Shown here: one piece after another, positions 1 to 10,000 of the stretch
Layout: each line of letters begins with the position of its first letter
Numbering within the stretch: position 1 is the first letter of the stretch
IMG/VR virus record: IMGVR_UViG_3300024261_000026
Span: 1,909-65,908 of that record
Source: a virus
Lineage: Duplodnaviria > Caudoviricetes
Strand: one strand, 5' to 3'
Length of the DNA stretch: 64,000 bases
Made by a program: the position numbers and the translations under genes
Notes under the pieces: model-generated
Databases searched by the model: none
Told to the model about the DNA's origin: nothing
The model's input: only the letters and a program-made list of their open reading frames with translations

Positions 1-276
1 GTGACGGAAAGCAAAGTAGCGCCTCCACCCCAAAAGCGATCCGCTCCCAAGAAAGATAAAGAGATTTCTAACAAACTCGTAGAAACGAGAGAGAAACTAA
101 TGAGTGCCATCGGCAAAGATTCTTATGGCGGCGTCAATGTATTCGAGGGTGTTAAACCAATGATGGCGGATGCTGGTTCCGGAGCGAGCGCAAATCCCCT
201 AAAAGATACAGACCCGAGTGATTCTGGGATTGACATTAGTTCCATTGCGAATGCGAACTGGTCAAAACTAATATAG
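1..276 (+). CDS. Hypothetical protein, probably 5'-truncated by the window edge
   Basis: Open frame from position 1 to TAG at 274-276, co-oriented with the following operon; no recognisable motif. Confidence 0.7.
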   Translation: MTESKVAPPPQKRSAPKKDKEISNKLVETREKLMSAIGKDSYGGVNVFEGVKPMMADAGSGASANPLKDTDPSDSGIDISSIANANWSKLI

Positions 277-285
277 GAGAATGAA

Positions 286-489
286 ATGACTGTTGTGATA
301 AATGATAGAGGTGGAGATCCGGAGAAGTTGGTGCAGAGATTTATCAAGAAGGTAAAGAAAGCGGGCATAATTGAGGAAGTTATCGGCAGGAGGTATTATG
401 TAAAGCCCTCCACCAAGAAGAGGTTAGCGAAGAAAAGACAGATCGCTGAACATAAAAAGCGAAAAGCAAAAGAAAAAGGCACCATTTAG
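286..489 (+). CDS. rpsU: Phage-encoded 30S ribosomal protein bS21
   Basis: 67 aa basic protein, EKLVQRFIKKVKKAGIIEEVIGRRYYVKPS..KR matches the bS21 pattern; GGAG SD upstream. Confidence 0.9.
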   Translation: MTVVINDRGGDPEKLVQRFIKKVKKAGIIEEVIGRRYYVKPSTKKRLAKKRQIAEHKKRKAKEKGTI

Positions 490-500
490 TAATGGAAAAG

Positions 501-509
501 ACTATTTAT
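501..509 (+). promoter_or_regulatory. Putative late promoter motif ACTATTTAT
   Basis: Recurrent intergenic CTA(T/C/G)TTA motif, 17 nt upstream of ATG 527. Confidence 0.65.
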
Positions 510-526
510 TTTTGGAGTAAAATATT

Positions 527-928
527 ATGAGCACACCAGTAACCTATAGAAACGGCATCGGCAACCAGGCAGCATATGCGGTATCGGGAATTCCCTTTGT
601 AACTGGCGCAACGCTCGCGGCCAGCGAAGAAGACGGAATATCTTTCCCCTTTGTCACAAAAGCGGTGACAGTCATCAATACCGGAGCAGCTGCTATGAGG
701 GTTCACTATAACGCTTCTGGTTCTGGCAATGTTGTTGATGGATTTCATTTCATCACCCTAGAACCCGCCGGCGCCACTCTGCCATTGAGTCGGTTTACTT
801 TTAATGCTAAGTGTAAAGAAATTTTTGTATCAAGCGTGGCGGGCACCACATATGAGATATTCGCGGAACTAACCACAGTATCGACAGATCAAATGTATGT
901 CTTAACTGGTTCAGGTCTGACTGAATAA
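527..928 (+). CDS. Hypothetical virion-associated protein
   Basis: 133 aa, GGAG SD, late motif upstream, beta-rich S/T/G composition like neighbouring structural genes. Confidence 0.75.
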   Translation: MSTPVTYRNGIGNQAAYAVSGIPFVTGATLAASEEDGISFPFVTKAVTVINTGAAAMRVHYNASGSGNVVDGFHFITLEPAGATLPLSRFTFNAKCKEIFVSSVAGTTYEIFAELTTVSTDQMYVLTGSGLTE

Positions 929-941
929 AGGGGGGGCGATT

Positions 942-1013
942 ATGACCCTCTTCAGTGCTAGCGGCAGAGCATCCTTGAAAATAGTAAATGCCAACATCAT
1001 CGTAGTGAAATAA
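942..1013 (+). CDS. Possible 23-aa peptide MTLFSASGRASLKIVNANIIVVK
   Basis: ATG..TAA frame after a G7 run that could act as SD; fills an intergenic gap; too short for certainty. Confidence 0.35.
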   Translation: MTLFSASGRASLKIVNANIIVVK

Positions 1014-1035
1014 TGTTTAGTTTCCCCTTTTGTAA

Positions 1036-1044
1036 ACTATTTAT
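1036..1044 (+). promoter_or_regulatory. Putative late promoter motif ACTATTTAT
   Basis: Recurrent motif upstream of ATG 1075. Confidence 0.65.
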
Positions 1045-1074
1045 GAAAGTATATAACTCAGGAAATATTTCATA

Positions 1075-4000
1075 ATGGTCAAAAAAGGTATAGCAGTATA
1101 TAAGAGCGGTAGTGCTACTGATGTAACCTTCCGATTTTTAGAGGACGGATCCTCCAGACAAGGGTTCGGATACACCTCCTCTCTCCACCAAATAACTGGT
1201 GCCTTAGACCTAACTGGCACCCTAAGACTTGATATTTCTGGCACCGCTGACGGGTATATGTTGGTGTCTGATGCTGATGGAAATGCATCCTGGAGATTCA
1301 GCGCTAGCTCGTCACAATTGCCAGGTGGCGACGACTACCAAGTACAATATAATCTCAATAATGACTTTACCGCTAGCGCAGATTTAGAGTTCAGCGCCAG
1401 TAGCACTTATAGCACTTTGCGCGTAACGGGAAGTACCGAACTCTTTGGTCCCGCCAACTACTCTTGGACACAGAAGCACCCAACTACTCGCCCAACGGCA
1501 GTAATTGATATTGCCAATGCATACGATCCAGACAGAGAAGTCATTGTTGCATTTGGTGGTGCCACATCCGCAGGCGTTGCTCAGTCTCAAACTTGGGAAT
1601 GGGATGGACAACAGTGGAATCAGAAATTCCCTGCCACATCTCCTTCTGCCCGTCGTGGACTTCTACAGTCTATGGTGTACGATCCAGATAGAAAAGTTTT
1701 TGTTCTTTTCGGCGGTAATACGGGCGGCACTTCTTTTGCCGAGACTTGGGAATATGATGGAACAACCTGGACACAGATAGTAACCGCCACTACTCCATCT
1801 TCTAGAACACTAGCTTCTTTGGTGTATGACAAGGTACAAAAGAAAGTTATTATGTTTGGTGGAGCAACCTTTGGTCCCACAACACCAAACAATGAAACTT
1901 GGGAATACGACGGCACGGATTGGACACTCCTATCTCCTGCCACTTCTCCTGCTGCCCGTTTCGGCGCCGGGATGGCATACGACGAGAGCAGAAACATAAC
2001 TGTCTTGGCAGGAGGCACTACCACTTCCGGAGCAACACAAGAGACTTGGGAATATAACGGGACAACTTGGACACAGATCCTTCCAAGCACTTTGCCTGTG
2101 CTGGGCATCGGAGACATAGCATTTACATACGACCCGCTACAAAAGACTGTAATTCTATATGGGGCAAATAGTTCTGTACAGCTTCTGAAATACGACGGAG
2201 CAGTCTGGACAGACATAACTGCCGAGGTAGGCACACCTACTCCTGCCGGTGCATCATCGCAAATAGTCCGAAATATAACAGAGTACGATGTAGGACGACA
2301 GGAACTGTTCGTTTACGGCGGTCTTGGGTATGAAATTCCCACACAGACCACACTTACGGGTTCTTGGGTTTTAAAGCAAGCAGATGTGCTAACGGCAGCA
2401 GAGAGAAAATCATACTTCTTAGAAGACAAAGATTCCAAAGGACAGTTCACATACGCCCTAGGCGTCGTCAACATCTCTGGGTCGTCAAATGCCCTGCGAG
2501 TGGACACCAACCTAAGCAAGAAAGCATTATATGTCTCAGGCGACTCTGTGGACATCTCAGGGTCAACACGGATGGGAACACTATCCGGGCACTCACATCA
2601 AGTTACGGGTGCCCTACAAGTAACCGGCACACTGAAACTAGATATCTCCGGATCTCTCATAAGTGGGTATGTACTAACAACTGATACTGCGGGTAATGCT
2701 TCTTGGCAACCAAATACTACATCATCCTTTGCCGCATATGCCGCAGAAGCAGGAAAAGTAACTAATGCTCTCAGCGACGGCACCGGAATCACGGCATTTA
2801 CTTACGATGGATCTTCTGTTGAGACTGTATCGATTGATGAGAGCATCGTTGTTACACTAACAGGATCACAAACATTAACCAACAAAATCATTTCCGGCAC
2901 ATTCAGTGGTTCCCACACCGGCTCATTCACTGGGTCATTCGCCGGCGATGGTGCTGGACTAACAGGCATAACTGCTGAGTGGGATGGAACACATGTTGGC
3001 GATGCACAGATAACAGGCACTTTATATGTGACGGAAGGTGTCGAGGCACAATCATTTACTGGTTCTTTGCTTGGCGACATTGTTGGAGACTTAACCGGAA
3101 ATGTTTTAGGAACATCTTCCTTCTCCGATGAAGCAGCGAAAGTATCAAGTGAACTTACTGATGGCACAGGAATAACAGACTTTACATATGACGGTAGCTC
3201 TCCGGCAACTGTATCAATTGACGAAAGTATTGTTGTAACCTTAACAGGATCACAAACTCTAACTAACAAGATTATATCTGGAACCTTCTCAGGATCACAT
3301 ACTGGCTCTTTTACGGGTTCTTTTATCGGAGATGGTTCGGGACTAACAGGACTAACAGGCAGCGTTTCAGCGGCGCTCACGGGTGCATTTGGGGTTGTTC
3401 CTTTTTCTTATGATGGATCTTCTACTGCCGAAGTTGCTATTGATGATACAATAATAGTAACCCTGACAGGATCACAAACTCTCACCAACAAAATAATAAC
3501 AGGTTCTTTTAGTGGATCTCACACTGGGTCTTTTACTGGTTCATTCGCCGGAGATGGAAGTGGGCTGACTGGTATTACCGCCGAATGGGATGGCACTCAT
3601 GTTGGTGATGCACAAATAACTGGCACCCTATATGTAACCGAAGGAGTGGAAGCACAATCTTTTACTGGATCCTTGCTCGGCGATGTCGTCGGAGATGTGA
3701 CTGGTAATCTTTTAGGCACTGCATCTTTTGCGGATGAAGCAGCGAAAGTATCAAGTGCACTTACTGACGGCACTGGAATAACAAATTTTACATACGATGG
3801 TAGCTCTCCTGCCACTGTATCAATTGATCAGAGCATCGTCGTTACACTGACTGGTTCGCAGACACTTGAAGATAAAATCATCTCAGGTTCTTTTAGTGGA
3901 TCTCATACTGGATCTTTTACTGGTTCGTTTATTGGAGACGGTTCAGGACTGACTGGCATAACCGCCTCTGTCATGCTGGAACCACTTACTGGTGCCTTTG

Positions 4001-7000
4001 GCATCGTTCCCTTTACTTATGACGGATCCTCCACAGCAGATGTTGCTGTTGACGACACGGTGATAGTAACTCTTACTGGATCCCAGACGCTCACAAACAA
4101 AATCATATCAGGTTCTTTTTCTGGTTCGCACACTGGTTCTTTTACGGGATCGTTCTTTGGAGACGGATCTGGACTGACTGGCATAACGGCATCTGTCATG
4201 TTGGAACCACTGACTGGGGCATTTGGTATCGTTCCCTTTACTTATGACGGATCATCTACTGCGGATATCGCTGTTGACGATACAGTGATTGTGACCTTGA
4301 CTGGATCGCAAACCATCACTAACAAGATTATTTCGGGCACCTTCAGTGGATCCCATACTGGTTCTTTTACTGGTTCTTTTGCCGGTGATGGAAGTGGACT
4401 AACTGGAGTCACATCTATAGACACTCTTGACGATGTAACATCAAGAGGAAGCACAACCGCAAACAGCATTACTATAGGATCTTTCCTTTCAAATGGCGAC
4501 AGTGTAATCTCAGGCAATTTAGATATAACTGACACCCTCACTGCGAGAGAGTTCCATACTCAAATAATTTCATCTTCCATCATCTACGATTCTGGATCAA
4601 CTAAGTTTGGAGATTCAGCAGACGATTTCCACCAATTTACTGGCTCAATTGGTCTGGTAAGTGGCAACGTTGTGGCACCATCTTTCACTGGATCCTTTCT
4701 GGGAGACTTGGTTGGAACTGCCAGCGAAGCAGGTAAAGTAACAAATGCTCTGGTTGATGGTACTGGTATTTCTAACTTTACTTATGATGGAAGTTCTCTG
4801 GCAACGGTAGAGATAGACCAAAGTATTGTTGTAACACTAACTGGTTCACAAATACTTACGAACAAAACTGGTTCGTTCTCTGGTTCCTTCACAGGTTCGT
4901 TTCTTGGCGATGGGTCCGGACTGACTGGTGTAACTGCTTCCTTATCGGAACCATTGACCGGTGCATTTGGTATTGTGCCGTTCACATATGACGGATCCTC
5001 TACCGCTGATGTTGCTGTTGATGACACAGTGATAGTAACCCTGACAGGTGTACAGACTCTTACAAACAAAATTGTCTCAGGCACTTTCAGTGGTTCGCAT
5101 ACTGGATCCTTCACGGGTTCTTTTGCCGGCGACGGATCTGGATTGACGGGTGTCACTGCTGAATGGGATGGTACCCATGTCGGAGATGCACAAATAACTG
5201 GCACCCTATATGTGACAGAAGGAGTCGAGGCACAATCATTTACCGGATCTTTGTTGGGCGATGTCGTCGGCGATTTGACGGGCAATGTTCTTGGAAACCT
5301 AGTTGGCGACGTAACAGGAAACCTTCTTGGTAATGTTCTCGGCGATCTAACTGGTGATGTAACTGGCAATGTTCTAGGAAACTTGACTGGCGATGTAACA
5401 GGAAATGTTTTAGGCAATATCACCGGAGATCTAGTAGGCACCGCTTCTTTCGCAACTGAAGCTTCTAAGGTAACAAGTGCTCTTACTGCTTCTTACGGTA
5501 TAGTTCCTTTTACTTATGATGGATCGTCACCAGAGCACGTTGAAGTTGACACCTCGCTGATAGTTACCCTGACTGGATCACAGACGCTAACTAACAAGGT
5601 TATCTCTGGCACATTCAGTGGATCACACACTGGATCATTTACTGGGTCTTTTATTGGAGACGGTTCAGGTCTAACAGGACTAACAGGAACTGTCTCTGCG
5701 CCTCTTACTGGCGCTTTTGGCATCGTTCCCTTCACTTATGATGGATCATCTACTGCTGACGTGGCTGTTGACGACACAGTGATAGTAACTCTTACCGGAT
5801 CTCAGACTCTGACCAACAAGATTATTTCAGGAACTTTCAGTGGTTCGCATACTGGTTCTTTTACTGGTTCTTTTGCTGGCGACGGATCCGGACTAACTGG
5901 TATCACGGCAGAATGGGATGGTTCGCATACTGGCGACGCTAGCATTACTGGCACTCTTTATGTCACTGATGCCATTGAGGCACCTTCTTTTACTGGATCA
6001 TTACTGGGCGACATAACAGGGGATGTAACTGGCAATGTGTTGGGCACCGCCTCCTTCGCAACTGAAGCAGCAAAAGTGTCAAATGCTCTTACTGCTTCTT
6101 ACGGTATAGTTCCTTTTACTTATGATGGGTCATCTACTGCTCATGTCGAAGTTGACACATCGCTGATAGTTACCTTGACTGGCTCTCAGACACTCACAAA
6201 CAAAATTATATCAGGTACCTTTAGTGGATCGCACACTGGTTCCTTTACAGGATCTTTCGCAGGAGATGGATCCGGACTGACTGGTATCACGGCAGAGTGG
6301 GATGGAACACACGTTGGCGACGCACAGATAACTGGCACTCTGTATGTAACTGAAGGCGTGGAAGCACAGTCATTTACTGGATCTTTGCTGGGCGATGTCG
6401 TCGGTGATTTGACAGGAAACGTATTAGGCGATCTGGTAGGTGATGTAACTGGTAATCTTCTTGGAACTGCATCTTTTGCAGATGAGGCCGCAAAAGTATC
6501 TAATGCCCTTACCGCTTCTTATGGCATCGTCCCCTTTACATATGACGGATCATCAACTGCTCATGTCGGAGTTGACACATCGCTGATAGTGACATTAACT
6601 GGATCACAGACATTAACCAATAAAATAATTTCAGGAACATTCAGCGGGTCTCATACCGGATCCTTTACAGGTTCATTTGCTGGGGATGGCTCTGGACTTA
6701 CGGGGGTTACTGCCGCTGAAACAGACACTCTTGATGATGTAACAACTAGGGGTAATACTACAACTAACAATATTGTTGTGGGCGGCATAACATCAAGTGC
6801 CGGCGGAGTAATTACTGGATCTTTTATAATAACTGGATCCGCCGAAATAACAGGCACACTGGATGTGCTAGGAAACGTATCTGCTTCTGGGTTCTATGGC
6901 GATTTGTTTGGCACAGCGAGTGAGGCAAGCAGCGTAACAAATGCTTTATCTGATGGAACCGGTATAACAACTTTTACTTATGATGGATCCTCCACTGCAA

Positions 7001-10000
7001 CAGTAGCGATAGACAGCACCGTTGTCACTCTAACTGGTGCTCAGACACTTACGAATAAGATAATCACCGGATCTTTCAGCGGCGATTTAGTTGGTGACGT
7101 AACAGGAAATGTGCTTGGCAATGTTGTCGGAGATATTACGGGAGACGTTACTGGAAATGTGCTTGGCAACTTAACTGGCGATGTAACTGGTAATGTATTG
7201 GGTAATATCACCGGAGATCTGGTAGGAACCGCTTCCTTCGCAACTGAGGCCGCAAAAGTATCTAATGCCCTTACTGCCTCTTATGGTATCGTGCCTTTCA
7301 CATATGATGGATCGTCTACTGCACATGTCGGTGTTGACACATCGCTGATAGTGACTCTCACTGGATCTCAAACGCTTACGAATAAGATTATCTCAGGAAC
7401 ATTCAGTGGATCCCATACCGGATCTTTTACTGGTTCGTTTGCCGGCGACGGATCTGGATTGACTGGTGTGACAGCTGTTGCCACTCCGGGAGGTGTAGAT
7501 CAAAACATCCAATTCAATTCTGGAAGTACCTTCTCTGGCTCTGACAATCTAAACTTTGATTATGGTACTAACACTTTAACACTTACCGGAACGCTGGAAG
7601 TATCAGGATCAGGAGCAGGAGCAGTGGAAATAACTGGCACACTAGATGTGCTAGGAAATGTATCTGCTTCTGGATTCTATGGTGACCTAATAGGAACTGC
7701 CTCTTTTGCTACCGAAGCAGGCAAAGTAACAAACGCCCTATCTGAAGGCACTGGCATCACATCTTTTACTTATGATGGATCATCAGTAGCAACTGTTTCA
7801 ATAGATCAAGCTATTGTTGTTACTTTGACGGGATCTCAAACTCTTACCAACAAGATAATCACTGGATCGTTTAACGGCGATTTGGTTGGCGATGTAACAG
7901 GAAATCTTCTTGGTAATGTTGTTGGGGATATCACAGGAGACGTTACTGGTAATGTGCTTGGCAACTTAACTGGTGATGTCACTGGCAATGTTCTCGGCGA
8001 TCTAACCGGTGATGTAACTGGTAATATGTTGGGCAATATCACCGGAGATCTGGTAGGAACCGCATCTTTTGCTACTGAGGCAGGAAAAGTATCCAACGCA
8101 CTTACCGGTGGGACAGGAATTACTTCCTTTACTTATGATGGATCTTCCACCGCAACGGTGGAGATAGATAGCACGGTTGTTACTCTCACTGGAGTTCAGA
8201 CACTTACCAACAAAACAATAACTGGTTCGTTTAGCGGTGATTTGGTTGGCGATGTCACAGGCAATGTGCTTGGTAACCTAACTGGCGATGTAACTGGCAA
8301 CGTGCTTGGTGATGTGGTTGGAAACCTTACAGGTAACGTTCTAGGTAACTTGACTGGCGATGTAACTGGTAATGTTCTTGGTAACTTAACTGGCGATGTA
8401 ACTGGTAATGTATTAGGTGACGTGGTAGGAAATCTTACAGGCAATGTTCTGGGGAATTTGATTGGCGATGTAACTGGCAACCTTCTTGGAACTGCTTCTT
8501 ATGCTGACGAAGCAGGCAAAGTAACCAACGCTCTTACAGGTGGCCACGGCATTGAAGCATTTACTTACGACGGTTCAGCAACAGCAGAAGTAACACTTGC
8601 TTCTGGCACTGTCGCCCTAATAGACGACACTGGCAAATCGACCTTTTACACCACTTTGTCATCAGCTCTTGGGGTTTCTGTTGACGGCGAGACTATACAT
8701 GTCTTCCCAGGAGAGTATCCCGAAAATAACCTTACTGTTCCTGTTGGTGTAACTGTTAGAGGCATTGGCGGATGGGCAGTAACACGAATTGGAACAACAT
8801 CTTCTCTATCAAACATCATGACACTCAGTGATGACTCGTATATAGATAATCTGTCATTCAATGTTCCAACCGGGTCTAACTTGGCATCTGTCGTATATAC
8901 TGGATCAGCAGGAAAGACATCCGGCATCAGTAACTTGACATTCTTTGGTGATGGTGCCTCTGGTCTTGGAGACGGAATTGTTATTGAACACTCTGGGTCT
9001 GGCAACAGCAGCAAGATGATAGGGTCGGAGATTAGGTTAGATCTCGGCGGTGTCAATAGTTTAGCAACAGTTCGAAGTGGGATAATGGCTTTTGAGTCTA
9101 TCCATGTGCCAGCAAGTGCTGGGACAGTAAACAATGTTATACAGGCGATAGGAACAGGCAGAACCCAGATTATTTCACTCAATGTCGGTAACTCGAATGT
9201 TACGAATGCCATGTATATGAGCGGCACTTCAACAAACAATGTTTTTAATGTTAACTTGTTTAATTGCTTAAACGCATTTTATTTTGCCGAAGACGGCGTA
9301 GATTTTGACCTCGCGGGAGGCAAGGTGGAAGTGGCACAATTTACGGGTTTTGTGGACCCTGCGGTGACATTCACTACTGCCAGTTCCATCTCTTTGAACG
9401 GTGTTTTTGAACCAGCATTCTCATTCCCCCCTGCCGCCCTAGATGCTGATTTTGCGATGCAGTTCTACCAAAAGAATTCAACAACAAGGACAGCGGCATT
9501 GCGTGTTCTTGGTTCGGACCTAAGAGTCGGGTTTCCAGAGAAAGGCAACAGCACACTTATGGGTCAAGGTGGTCAGTATGGCGACAAGGTGACTTTTCTG
9601 TCAACTGATGATACCGCCACCACTGTCTCTGATGGTGGTAATTTCATCGACATCAGTACCGAAGCATCTTCACTAACAGGTTCTACATTTACATTTCAAA
9701 CCGCCTCCGCTGGATCTACCATATTGATGTGTAGCAATCGATTTTCATCCACAAATCTAAGTTTGAAACATTACGGGTTTCAACACAAAACATCTGTCGG
9801 AGATATAAGCGGGTCTTATGCTTTCGATGTATGGAACGGAACGGCATGGGAAGAAACACCCGCCCAAGCAACCTCAGTCGTACACAGTCACCGATACGCG
9901 AACAATGTGTTTATGAGAAGCAATATAAAAGAAGACATTCAATACGGGGAAGCATCGACAGTTAGTGGAAGTTGGGTAGAAAAAACAATCAGAGGTATTG

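Noticed and set aside
2750-8600. Repeats as a CRISPR array, DGR template/variable pair or ice-nucleation protein
   Set aside because: Repeats are in-frame, degenerate at third codon positions and lack unique spacers; differences are not adenine-specific and no reverse transcriptase is present; no AGYGSTxT octapeptide
1620-9239. Many minus-strand ORFs (60-220 aa) opposite the giant fibre
   Set aside because: Shadow frames produced by Gly/Thr/Ser repeat codon bias; no SD, promoter or motif support
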